Shown here: one piece after another, positions 51,384 to 59,607 of the stretch
How the letters are laid out: each line of letters opens with the position of its first letter
Position numbering within the stretch: the first letter of the stretch is position 1
Source of the DNA: Bifidobacteriaceae bacterium
Lineage (GTDB): Bacteria; Actinomycetota; Actinomycetes; Actinomycetales; WQXJ01
Length of the DNA stretch: 64,000 bases
Assembly (NCBI GenBank): GCA_031268215.1
Contig: JAIRXP010000033.1
Location: 1,404-65,403 of the forward strand
Direction: 5' to 3'
Position numbers and translations under genes: made by a program
The notes under the pieces: model-generated
Told to the model about the DNA's origin: nothing
What the model saw: the letters and a program-made list of their open reading frames with translations, nothing else
The model's database searches: none

Positions 51384-52508
51384 TTGACCCCCGTGAGTAA
51401 CGAGATCGAAATCGGCCGCGGCAAGCGTGGGCGCGAGGCCTATTCCCTTGATGACGTTGCCGTGGTGCCATCCCGGCGAACGCGCGGCGCGGAGGATATT
51501 TCCGTCGGCTGGCAGATTGACGCCTACCACTTCGACACGCCCATCCTGGCCGCCCCCATGGACTCGGTGATGTCACCATCCACGGCCATCGCTTTAGGGC
51601 ATTTGGGTGGGCTGGGCGTACTCGACTTGGAGGGCGTCTGGACCCGCTATGAAGACCCCGCTTCCCTCCTGGAAGAGATCGCGACGTTGCCAGAAGAAGA
51701 GGCCACACCGCGGCTGCAGCAGATCTATCAGGAGCCAGTCAAGCCGGAATTGATCACAGCGCGCCTGGAGGAAATCCGCCGGGCCGGCGTGACCGTGGCC
51801 GGAGCGCTCTCTCCGCAACGGACCCAATCGCTCTGGCCAACCGTCGTGGACGCGGGGGTCGACTTGTTCGTTATACGCGGCACCACGGTTTCCGCTGAGC
51901 ACGTTTCATCCGACTCCGAACCCCTCAACCTCAAGCGATTCATCTACGAACTCGACGTGCCGGTGATCGTTGGCGGAGCCGCTACCTACACCGCCGCACT
52001 CCATTTGATGCGCACCGGAGCCGCCGGAATCCTGGTTGGGTTTGGCGGCGGGGCGGCCCACACCACGCGCGTCACCCTGGGCATTCACGCGCCCATGGCC
52101 ACCGCGATAGCCGATGTCGCCGCCGCCCGCCGCGATTACCTTGACGAGTCTGGCGGCCGGTACGTTCACGTAATCGCCGATGGCGCCGTTGGCCGTTCCG
52201 GGGATGTAGTTAAGGCCATTGCTTGTGGGGCCGATGCCGTCATGCTGGGTGCCGCACTGGCGCGAGCTACCGAGGCCCCCGGACAGGGGTGGCACTGGGG
52301 GCCTGAGGCCCACCACGCTCGCCTGCCGCGAGGTGAACGGGTCCAGGTTGGGCAGGTCGGGACTATGGAGGAGATCCTCTACGGCCCGTCCGCCACCGCT
52401 GATGGTTCGTCCAATTTTGTGGGTGCCTTGAAGCGAGCCATGGCCTCAACCGGATATGTCGACCTGAAGGAGTTCCAACGCGTCCGGGTGGTCGTCGCAC
52501 CATACTGA
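51384..52508 (+). CDS. guaB3: GuaB3-type IMP dehydrogenase-related protein (no CBS insert)
   Basis: EIEIGRGKRGREAYSLDDVAVVPSRRTRG, an IMPDH barrel and GGAAHTT. The start is TTG at 51384 or GTG at 51393. Confidence 0.8.
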   Translation: MTPVSNEIEIGRGKRGREAYSLDDVAVVPSRRTRGAEDISVGWQIDAYHFDTPILAAPMDSVMSPSTAIALGHLGGLGVLDLEGVWTRYEDPASLLEEIATLPEEEATPRLQQIYQEPVKPELITARLEEIRRAGVTVAGALSPQRTQSLWPTVVDAGVDLFVIRGTTVSAEHVSSDSEPLNLKRFIYELDVPVIVGGAATYTAALHLMRTGAAGILVGFGGGAAHTTRVTLGIHAPMATAIADVAAARRDYLDESGGRYVHVIADGAVGRSGDVVKAIACGADAVMLGAALARATEAPGQGWHWGPEAHHARLPRGERVQVGQVGTMEEILYGPSATADGSSNFVGALKRAMASTGYVDLKEFQRVRVVVAPY

Positions 52509-52563
52509 AAGGCTGGGGCGCCGAGGACCTCGACGGCCCCACTTCCCGCTAGACAGCGAAAGA

Positions 52564-52600
52564 CCCCCGTCTGAACTGGTTGGACCAGCCCAGACGGGGG
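52564..52600. terminator. Bidirectional intrinsic terminator between convergent guaB3 and groES
   Basis: A 10-bp GC-rich stem, CCCCCGTCTG ... CAGACGGGGG, with an inner CTGGT/ACCAG stem. On the minus strand it is followed by TCTTTCGCT. Confidence 0.6.
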
Positions 52601-52627
52601 CTTGAATGCTGCGAGTTACTTGGCTGG

Positions 52628-52921
52628 TCAGACGACCTTGGCCAAGATGTCCCGAGCGGACAGGATCAGGTAATCCACTTCACCGAATGTGACTTCAGTG
52701 CCGCCATACTTTGAGTAGATGACTTTGTCACCCACAACAACGTCCAGCGGAACGCGGTTGCCTTTGTCGTCGATCCGGCCTGGGCCGACGGCGACGACCT
52801 CGCCCTCCTGGGGCTTTTCTTTGGCCGTGTCAGGTAGGTAGAGACCAGAAGCCGTCTGTGCGGCCGCTTCGATCGGCGTTACGACGATCCGGTCCTCGAG
52901 CGGTTGGATGGAGACCGACAC
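52628..52921 (-). CDS. groES: Co-chaperonin GroES
   Basis: 97 aa: [34 protein letters not shown]. No groEL follows it. Confidence 0.95.
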   Translation of the reverse strand: MSVSIQPLEDRIVVTPIEAAAQTASGLYLPDTAKEKPQEGEVVAVGPGRIDDKGNRVPLDVVVGDKVIYSKYGGTEVTFGEVDYLILSARDILAKVV

Positions 52922-53053
52922 TGCGGACCTCCCTTTCGCGATCTAGAGGTTTCTTACAGATGGACTGCCCGTTAGGCATCCTGGACGTGTCGTCGCGGTG
53001 CCACGGCCTGGGTCCCTATGCGGGCTGCCCAACCAGGTGGCTGAGCAGGAACT

Positions 53054-53082
53054 ACTTTATGACGCCATTAGCACTCGGTCAA
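53054..53082 (-). promoter_or_regulatory. Sigma-A-type promoter of groES (-35 TTGACC, 17-nt spacer, -10 TAAAGT)
   Basis: The hexamers were read on the minus strand. The -35 lies in the CIRCE spacer and most of the spacer is the downstream CIRCE arm. The TSS is not verified. Confidence 0.5.
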
Positions 53083-53094
53083 GCCGAGTGCTAA
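53068..53094 (-). promoter_or_regulatory. CIRCE element (HrcA operator) TTAGCACTC-N9-GAGTGCTAA
   Basis: A perfect match to the CIRCE consensus inverted repeat, about 150 nt upstream of groES. Confidence 0.85.
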
Positions 53095-53209
53095 GCGTGT
53101 CCGGACGGTGAACTGACCCCGGCACGAACCAGCACGCGGAGCCGCCCCCTCCTGGCGGCCGGCGCCCGCCAAACCGGGCCCGCGCCTGGCTTGATGTCCC
53201 CGTAGGCTT

Positions 53210-54493
53210 GTGCGTATGGACCTGGAGGACATCGCCAAGCTAACCTCCGCCCAGGGGCGATACCTGCTGGACAGTCTGCCGGAGTACGCGCCTGAACTGG
53301 CGATCAAACTGGGAGATGGCCTGCGTCAACGGGGAATCGATCCCAAACTGGCGGCCGCCGCTCTGACCCAAAGCCGCCTGCGGCAACGAGCCAGAGCCAA
53401 GTTTGGCCAGTTCGCGGACCAAATGCTGTTCACCGATGAGGCACTGCAGCAAGCCACCCGGCTGGAAGTAGCTGCCCATCACGCCCAGCGCTATCAAGAG
53501 GCCGGGATGGATCGTCTCACCGATCTGACCGGCGGCATTGGCGGAGACGCCCTCGCCATGGCGGCGCTTGGGCTGAGGGTGACGGTCTACGAGCGCGATC
53601 CCGCCAGAGCAGCGGTCGCCCAGTTCAATCTGGCCGCCTTCCCTGAGGCGAAGGTCATCAATGAAGATTTCCGCACCAGCACCCAGAACTTGCGAGGAGC
53701 CCTGTTCGCGGATCCGTCGCGGCGCAATACCGATGGCAAACGGCAGTTCGACCCAAATGGTTATGATCCACCTCTACCCTTGCTGCTCGAATTGGCACGT
53801 GATCACCCAATGGGGATCAAGGTCGCCCCCGGCCTGCCGCACCGTCACATCCCCGCCCAGGCGGAGGCACAGTGGGTTTCCGTGGACGGCTCGCTGGTGG
53901 AAGCCGGACTATGGTTTGGGGCGCTGCGCTCGCCGGGAATTGATCCGACAGGCAGCGGCCCGCACCGGACCGCCTTGGCGCTTCGCCACGGCCGGGCCCA
54001 CCATCTCGCCGCTAACCCGGCCTGCCCAACCTCCGTGCCAACCTCCCAGCCAACCGCCCTGGCCGCGAGCGCCCCAGCGGGCCGTCTCAGCACCGGCCCG
54101 CTGAATGATTACATCTACGAACCGGACGACGCAGTGATCCGGGCCTCACTGATCGCCGAGGCCGCCGCCGGTCTTGGGTCCGCCAACTTGGTCAGCCCCA
54201 GAATCGCCTATGTCACCTCGTCCGCGAGAGTCACCGAAAGCCCATTCTTGACTGGCTACCAAGTCCAAGACTCTTTCCCGTTCTCCCTCAAACGGTTGAA
54301 GTCATATTTGCGTGAACACGGCATCGGGCAAGTCACCGTAAAGAAACGCGGAACCGCAGTTGACCCACATGACCTGCGCAGACGCCTCAATCTGAAGGGA
54401 AACGAGCCGGCCGTGGTAATCCTGACCCGGCTGGGTGCGCAACAATCGGTGGTGATCGCACAGGCCCTGCCAAAACCGAAGGAGTCCCCATGA
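53210..54493 (+). CDS. Class I SAM-dependent methyltransferase with a C-terminal THUMP-like domain
   Basis: LTDLTGGIGGDALAMAALG (SAM motif I), DPSRR, and a conserved C-terminal KKRG...LRRRL. An ATG at 53216 is an alternative start. Confidence 0.6.
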   Translation: MRMDLEDIAKLTSAQGRYLLDSLPEYAPELAIKLGDGLRQRGIDPKLAAAALTQSRLRQRARAKFGQFADQMLFTDEALQQATRLEVAAHHAQRYQEAGMDRLTDLTGGIGGDALAMAALGLRVTVYERDPARAAVAQFNLAAFPEAKVINEDFRTSTQNLRGALFADPSRRNTDGKRQFDPNGYDPPLPLLLELARDHPMGIKVAPGLPHRHIPAQAEAQWVSVDGSLVEAGLWFGALRSPGIDPTGSGPHRTALALRHGRAHHLAANPACPTSVPTSQPTALAASAPAGRLSTGPLNDYIYEPDDAVIRASLIAEAAAGLGSANLVSPRIAYVTSSARVTESPFLTGYQVQDSFPFSLKRLKSYLREHGIGQVTVKKRGTAVDPHDLRRRLNLKGNEPAVVILTRLGAQQSVVIAQALPKPKESP

Positions 54494-55632
54494 AGCTCCC
54501 GTTCGCCCAATCACCCCGCTCGACCGTCGGGATCGAGTGGGAGGTGGCGTTAGTAGACCGCGACTCCGGCGATTTGAGACAGGTCGCGCAAACCATACTC
54601 GACGCGGTCCGCCAGCCAGACGGCCAGCCGTACCCAGGCATCCTGCAGGAATTCCTGCTCAATACCGTCGAGGCCGCCTCCCGCCCGTCCACCACGATCA
54701 GCGCCGCGATTGGGGACATAGCCCAGCGGATTGACCTGATCAGAGCTGCGGCAGATCCCTTGCGCGTGGACCTGATGGCGGCCGGTACCCACCCCTTCGC
54801 GCGCTGGGAACTCCAGAAGGTCACCAATAAGGAGCGGTACCTGCGCCTGATCGACCGCACCCAATGGTGGGGCCGGCAGATGCTGATTTACGGTGTCCAC
54901 ACCCATGTCGGCGTGGAGGACCGCCGCAAGGTTCTGCCAATTATCCGCGCCCTGCTTTGCTATCTGCCGCATCTGCAGGCCCTATCTGCTTCGTCACCGT
55001 ACTGGGGCGGCGACGACACCGGCTACGCCTCGAACCGGGCGCTGCTCTTCCAACAACTGCCCACCGCAGGGCTTCCATTCCAGTTCAGCCAGTGGGATGA
55101 GCTGGAAGCTTATGTGGGCGACATGCTCCACACTGGCGTCATTGACGTGTTCAACGAGATCCGCTGGGACATCCGCCCCGCCCCGCACTTCGGCACCGTT
55201 GAAGTGCGGGTCTGTGATGCTTTGCCCACTTTGGGTGAAGTGGCCGCCGTTTCAGCTTTGGTGCAGTGCCTAGTGGAAGAGTTCTCCAGCCTCCTAGACC
55301 AGGGCGAAGACCTACCGACGATGCCGACCTGGTTTGTCCAGGAAAACAAGTGGCGTTCAGCGCGCTACGGCATGGAAGCCATAATCATCCTGGACCGCCA
55401 CGGCAACGAACAGTTAGTGACTGACCATTTGCCGGAAGTAATCGCCCGGCTAGAGCCCGTGGCGGCCCGCCTGAGCTGCCTCGAAGAACTCAGTCACATC
55501 CCCAGCATCATCCAAGCCGGTGCTTCCTACCAGCGCCAACGCGCTGTCGCCGCCGCGCACGGCGGCGACCTGGGCGCGGTAGTGGCAGCACTGGTCAGCG
55601 AAATGGAAACGGACCGTTTGAACAACGTCTGA
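54490..55632 (+). CDS. Carboxylate-amine ligase YbdK-type (glutamate--cysteine ligase family 2)
   Basis: TVGIEWEVALVD, HTHVGV, RWDIRPAPHFGTVEVRVCD. ATGA overlap with the upstream methyltransferase. Confidence 0.8.
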   Translation: MKLPFAQSPRSTVGIEWEVALVDRDSGDLRQVAQTILDAVRQPDGQPYPGILQEFLLNTVEAASRPSTTISAAIGDIAQRIDLIRAAADPLRVDLMAAGTHPFARWELQKVTNKERYLRLIDRTQWWGRQMLIYGVHTHVGVEDRRKVLPIIRALLCYLPHLQALSASSPYWGGDDTGYASNRALLFQQLPTAGLPFQFSQWDELEAYVGDMLHTGVIDVFNEIRWDIRPAPHFGTVEVRVCDALPTLGEVAAVSALVQCLVEEFSSLLDQGEDLPTMPTWFVQENKWRSARYGMEAIIILDRHGNEQLVTDHLPEVIARLEPVAARLSCLEELSHIPSIIQAGASYQRQRAVAAAHGGDLGAVVAALVSEMETDRLNNV

Positions 55633-55698
55633 CCGGCGCTTAGTCAGTCGGCCTAGTGGTCTTCACGTGGAAGTCGAAACCCACCACGCCAGCTCCCC

Positions 55699-55797
55699 AG
55701 CTCCACCAGGTGAACAGAACCTTGACGAATGAACCGAGCTTTTCATACTGGGGTCCCCACAAGAGATTCGGCCGCAGGCCGAAGATTTTGTGGGGCT
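55699..55797 (-). repeat. Copy A of a ~99-nt hairpin-bearing repeat, immediately 3' of tsaD
   Basis: The reverse complement aligns with 56893-56991 (13 mismatches in 99, counted by hand). It contains the hairpin CCCCACAA..TTCGGCC-GCA-GGCCGAA..TTGTGGGG at 55755-55795. Confidence 0.8.
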
Positions 55798-55799
55798 GT

Positions 55800-56843
55800 C
55801 TAAGTGGCCAGGAGTTGGGTTAATGGCATGGAAGAATCGGCGCCAATCCCCAGGCCGGAGGGCTCCAGCCCGTGCCGAAGGGCATGGACTCCGGCAGCGG
55901 CGATCATCGCCCCATTGTCGGTACAGAACTCAACCGGCGGAATCCGCAGGTCCAGACCCGCCGCCGCGAACCGTTCCGCCGCCTTGTCTCGCAGTTGGGA
56001 ATTGGCGGAAAACCCGCCGCCAATCACCAGCGTGCCAAGCCCCTGGTCCCGCGCCGCGGTGATGGTCTTGGCCGTCAGCACATCCGCCACCGCTTCAGCG
56101 AAGCAGGCCGCGAAGTCCTCTACGGGTACGGACCGTCCCTCATCCTGGGCCGCCTCAATCCAGCGGGCGGCCGCCGTCTTCAAACCGGAAAACGAGAAAT
56201 CATAAGGATGCTTTTCCAGATCCTGGCGTCTGGTCAAAGCACGAGGGAAGACAGTCCAACCCGGGTTACCGGTCCGCGCCAGCCGGTCAATGTGTGGCCC
56301 GGCTGGGTACGGCAACCCCAGCAGCCGGCCAACCTTGTCGAAAGCCTCGCCGGCGGCATCGTCCAGAGTTTGTCCCAACTCCGTCACCACCGGGCCGTCA
56401 ATCACCAGCAACGACGAATGTCCGCCGCTCACCACCAGCGCCAGCACCGGCCCATCAAAGGCCCCGTGAACCAACTGATCCACCAACGCGTGCCCAATCA
56501 CATGGTTCACACCATAAAGCGGCTTACCCAGTGCGAAGGCGAGGGCCTTCGCTGCCGCCAGGCCAACCGCCAAGGACCCGATCAGGCCTGGCCCGGCGGT
56601 CACGGCCACCGCATCGACCTCCTCCAGGCCGACGCGACTGGTCTGGAGCGCCATCTCAATAGTTGGCATCAACGCCTCTAGGTGGGCCCGCGAAGCTACT
56701 TCCGGCACTATCCCGCCAAAGCGCGCATGCTCCTCAACTGACGACGCAACAACATCATGGAGCAGCCCAAACCCACGGGCTAACGCCACGCCAGTCTCAT
56801 CGCAGGAGGTTTCAATCCCAAGCACCAAAGGGTCGTTAGACAC
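55800..56843 (-). CDS. tsaD: tRNA N6-adenosine threonylcarbamoyltransferase
   Basis: [22 protein letters not shown] (metal-binding His pair), VSGGHS. GTG start. Confidence 0.95.
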   Translation of the reverse strand: MSNDPLVLGIETSCDETGVALARGFGLLHDVVASSVEEHARFGGIVPEVASRAHLEALMPTIEMALQTSRVGLEEVDAVAVTAGPGLIGSLAVGLAAAKALAFALGKPLYGVNHVIGHALVDQLVHGAFDGPVLALVVSGGHSSLLVIDGPVVTELGQTLDDAAGEAFDKVGRLLGLPYPAGPHIDRLARTGNPGWTVFPRALTRRQDLEKHPYDFSFSGLKTAAARWIEAAQDEGRSVPVEDFAACFAEAVADVLTAKTITAARDQGLGTLVIGGGFSANSQLRDKAAERFAAAGLDLRIPPVEFCTDNGAMIAAAGVHALRHGLEPSGLGIGADSSMPLTQLLAT

Positions 56844-56892
56844 GCAGTCACCCTAATGCCTTCACTTCAAGCACCGGCACTCTTCCGCTAGC

Positions 56893-56991
56893 AGCCCCGC
56901 AAAGTCTTCGGCCTACGGCCGAATCCTTTGCGGGGACCGCAGTATGAAGAACCCGGCTCATTCGTCAAGGTTCTGTTCACTTAGTGGAGCT
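56893..56991 (+). repeat. Copy B of the ~99-nt hairpin-bearing repeat, 5' of tsaD in inverted orientation relative to copy A
   Basis: Hairpin CCCCGCAAAG..TTCGGCC-TAC-GGCCGAA..CTTTGCGGGG at 56895-56935. It shares the arm ...CAGTATGAA...TCATTCGTCAAGGTTCTGTTCAC...GTGGAGCT with copy A. Confidence 0.8.
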
Positions 56992-57058
56992 AGATGGCTC
57001 GCAGCCGTACCTGCCGCGCTGGCGGCTGGGGTCAACCCCAGGCAAGACTGGGCGCGGG

Positions 57059-57213
57059 TGTCACGGTTGGTGTCTTTTCTGCGGCAGGGCAGGCCGCCAT
57101 TGTCACAGTCGGTGTCTTTTCGGATCGACGCCCTTCCGAGCCCACAGCCCTGACCTGGGCTTTCACCGGGTGCGCGGCGGAGTCATCGAAGAAGAAAGAC
57201 ACCAAACGCGACA
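57059..57213. repeat. Three copies of a ~21-nt motif TGTCRC-GTYGGTGTCTTT(T)C (two direct, one inverted) in the rimI-tsaD spacer
   Basis: 57059-57079 tgtcacggttggtgtcttttc; 57101-57121 tgtcacagtcggtgtcttttc; 57194-57213 is the reverse complement, tgtcgcgtttggtgtctttc. The direct copies are spaced 42 nt apart. Confidence 0.6.
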
Positions 57214-57346
57214 CTGGTGCTCTGCCTGCGGTTGGAAAAAGCCAAGACCGTGGATGTGGTGAGGGCGGCGCAGTCACGGACGCCCGGAAGGGGACCCGCG
57301 GACCGCTTCTGGCTGACTACGGGTCCAGTTAGAGCCACGCCTGGGA

Positions 57347-57784
57347 TCAGGTCTCCAGTCGCATGATGATGGCGTCCCGCCCCGACGGTTGGTAGTAACC
57401 CTGCCTCCGACCAATCGGTTCAAAGCCCAGTGAACGGTACAGGCCAATCGCCGGTTCCGCCCCAACAGCGACCTCCAAAGTGACCCACCGCGAACCGGCC
57501 CGGCGGGATTCTGCCAGCAAGGCCTCCATCAGCCGGCGGCCTAATCCCCGGCGTTGGTAGCCGGGGTCAATCGCGACGGTCATCACTTCGGTCGAATCAA
57601 GGCCCAGGTACACGCCGCCGTAGCCCATCACTACGCCGGCCTCCTGGGACACCAAGTAACGGCGCCCGGCGCCCGCGAGTTCCTCCTCCAGCATCTCGCG
57701 GGTCCACGCCTCCGGCCCGAAACACAAGCCCTCCAGCTCCATCAGGCGGTCAATGTCCGCCGTCGTCGCCTCGCGGTGGCTCAT
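57347..57784 (-). CDS. rimI: Ribosomal-protein-alanine N-acetyltransferase (GNAT)
   Basis: GNAT motif A YQRRGLGRRLMEAL. Conserved position between tsaB and tsaD, with an ATGA-type overlap with tsaB. Confidence 0.85.
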   Translation of the reverse strand: MSHREATTADIDRLMELEGLCFGPEAWTREMLEEELAGAGRRYLVSQEAGVVMGYGGVYLGLDSTEVMTVAIDPGYQRRGLGRRLMEALLAESRRAGSRWVTLEVAVGAEPAIGLYRSLGFEPIGRRQGYYQPSGRDAIIMRLET

Positions 57785-58479
57785 GGAGTGGCCCTCTTCT
57801 GCGGCGCCGGCGGAGTTATGTCCGGCCGGCGCAAGTAGAGCGGCTGGTAGGAGACATCGCCTCCCTTGGCGGCTCGGACCGCCGCCAGCCGAGCCAGCAC
57901 AGCCGGATCAACACCAGCCGGCTCGCCAGTCAGCGGACCAAGCTGCTCAGGGTATTCCGCGGCGCCGCCGCCAACCACGATTGACGCGGGTGGTGCGACT
58001 CCCGGCCGGCTAACCGCTGGCCCCTCCAGACGGGTCAAGCCATCGATGTCCCCCGGAACATCTACCCTGTAACGGGCCCAATAGACCTCACGCCGCTTGG
58101 CGTCCAAAGCCGCCAGCATCGAAACGCCAGATTCCAGGCTGAACCGCCCGGCGGCATCGGCGGCCAAGACGTCCAGATCGCTGACCCCCCAAACCGGCTG
58201 TCCCAGTGCGAAGCCCAGAGCTTGGGCGGTCGCTAGGGCTATGCGCAGGCCGGTGTACGGCGCCGGCCCGCGCCCAACGGCAATCGCCGCCAGATCTCCA
58301 GGGGCCAGACCTGCCTCGACGAGTAACTGGGATATGAGCGGAAGCATTGACTCGACGTGGGCTCTTGGCGAGCTGTGGGCCAGCTTCCGGTCCGGCTGCC
58401 CAGGGGTAGCCAAACCCACGGCGCTGGGGCCAGCGGCACTGATACCGAGAACAGGCCCCGGCAAAATTGAATCGCTCAT
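57781..58479 (-). CDS. tsaB: tRNA threonylcarbamoyladenosine biosynthesis protein TsaB
   Basis: 232 aa: AVGRGPAPYTGLRIALATAQALGFALGQPVWGVSDL, and a C-terminal PLYLRRPD. Confidence 0.85.
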   Translation of the reverse strand: MSDSILPGPVLGISAAGPSAVGLATPGQPDRKLAHSSPRAHVESMLPLISQLLVEAGLAPGDLAAIAVGRGPAPYTGLRIALATAQALGFALGQPVWGVSDLDVLAADAAGRFSLESGVSMLAALDAKRREVYWARYRVDVPGDIDGLTRLEGPAVSRPGVAPPASIVVGGGAAEYPEQLGPLTGEPAGVDPAVLARLAAVRAAKGGDVSYQPLYLRRPDITPPAPQKRATP

Positions 58480-58633
58480 CTCGGCTAGCCTAACCGGGCG
58501 ACGGCTCGGCGGGAGGCAAAGGTGTCAGCCTGAGCGGATTGACGCTGGCGAGGCGGCCTCGATGCCTGTAACGGCGATTGCCGTCTTCAACACCTGGCCG
58601 CCGTACCGGGCCGGCCGGCGGCAGCTAGGGGGA

Positions 58634-58661
58634 TTGTCTTGTGTGACAAGGTGCGTACAAT
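58634..58661 (+). promoter_or_regulatory. Candidate promoter (-35 TTGTCT, -10 TACAAT) with an embedded palindrome CTTGT-GTG-ACAAG (possible antitoxin operator)
   Basis: Hexamers and the 13-nt palindrome (58638-58650) were read directly. An AGGAGG RBS (58683-58688) and a GTG start follow. Confidence 0.4.
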
Positions 58662-58692
58662 GGGAGCACGGATCAAACGTCAGGAGGACATC

Positions 58693-59019
58693 GTGTCAGA
58701 GTCGCGGCTGAGCGTTCGCGTGGACGCCGAAGTCAAACAAGAAGCGGAGGCCGTCTTCAAGCGAGCCGGGCTCGGCCTGTCCAGTGGGATAAACGTCTAC
58801 CTCCGCCGAGTGGTCCAGGACCAGCGCATCCCGTTCGAACTCGCCGGCGCCACCGCCAAGCCCACCGCGGTCACGCGATTGGAAGACGACGCCCGCCGGG
58901 TGGTCCTCGACGCCCGCGCTGAGAACTGGGCCGCCGGGGCCCCGGTGGCGTTGTACGACACAGAACTCGACCGGCCCTACCTGCGCTATCCAGACGGGCA
59001 CACGAACTTCGACCTATGA
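58693..59019 (+). CDS. RelB/DinJ family antitoxin-like protein with a C-terminal extension
   Basis: The N-terminal ribbon-helix-helix pattern SRLSVRVDAEVKQEAEAVFKRAGLGLSSGINVYLRRVVQDQRIPFEL is typical of DinJ/RelB. GTG at 58693 lies 5 nt after AGGAGG. ATGA overlap with the downstream toxin gene. Confidence 0.6.
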   Translation: MSESRLSVRVDAEVKQEAEAVFKRAGLGLSSGINVYLRRVVQDQRIPFELAGATAKPTAVTRLEDDARRVVLDARAENWAAGAPVALYDTELDRPYLRYPDGHTNFDL

Positions 59020-59570
59020 CCGGGCCGCCCAGGTTGTTGGTCTTTGCCGGCCCGAACGGCTCCGGCAAGACGACCATCGCCCGCGCATGGGCGCCCGCGG
59101 GGATCTACATCAACGCCGATGACATAAAGCTGGCCACTGATTGCTCGGACCTGGAAGCCGCACAAACAGCCGAGCAGATCCGCAAGTCTTGTTTGGCTGG
59201 CCGGCTGGATTTCACCTTCGAGACGGTCTTGTCGACCGACCGAAACCTGCGGCTGCTACGCACCGCCCAAGACGTTGGGTACAAGATCACCGGCGTGTTC
59301 GTAATGACGGTTTCCGCGGAGCTGAATGTGGCGCGCGTCATGAGCCGGACCGCGGCAGGCGGGCACAGCGTCCCGGCGGACAAGACCAGGTCCCGCTACG
59401 CCGGTTCTTTGGCGAACCTCCCGGAGTTCGCCCGCTTGTGCGACGAGGTCTACGTCTTCGACAACACGGATCAGCCCACCGTCGTGTTCACCAAAGCAGC
59501 CGAAGACGAATCCTTCTACCCGACCGAAATGTGGCCCGCTCCAACACTGGACAGGCTGTTGGACCGCTAG
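59016..59570 (+). CDS. Zeta-toxin family P-loop kinase (COG4185-like)
   Basis: Walker A FAGPNGSGKTT, INADDI, FTFETVLS, and GGHSVPADKTRSRY, all characteristic of short zeta-toxin-like proteins. Confidence 0.65.
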   Translation: MTGPPRLLVFAGPNGSGKTTIARAWAPAGIYINADDIKLATDCSDLEAAQTAEQIRKSCLAGRLDFTFETVLSTDRNLRLLRTAQDVGYKITGVFVMTVSAELNVARVMSRTAAGGHSVPADKTRSRYAGSLANLPEFARLCDEVYVFDNTDQPTVVFTKAAEDESFYPTEMWPAPTLDRLLDR

Positions 59571-59607
59571 CATTCCCCGCCAGAAACTCGCGGCGCTGGC
59601 AGCCAGG

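Noticed and set aside
51295-51708. A 138-codon N-terminal extension of the exonuclease ORF in the ORF track.
   Set aside because: The extension is Arg-rich with non-protein-like composition and runs across the guaB3 start region. The conserved Exo I motif begins right after the internal ATG at 51294.
55641-55720. tmRNA/tRNA-like strings: GGTTTCGACTTC on the minus strand and AGCTCCACCA on the plus strand.
   Set aside because: The two strings lie on opposite strands. No acceptor stem or T-arm could be folded, and there is no room for a full tmRNA because the ybdK-type gene ends at 55632. This is most likely coincidence or at best a tiny fragment.
57059-57213. Repeated 21-nt motifs considered as a mini CRISPR array.
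   Set aside because: There are only three copies, one of them inverted. Spacing is irregular beyond the first pair, and there are no cas genes. The motifs are reported as an unexplained repeat instead.
56944-57332. ORFs of 69-112 codons in the rimI-tsaD spacer, on both strands.
   Set aside because: No RBS or start context and no recognisable motifs. Their apparent internal peptide repeats simply mirror the DNA motif repeats.
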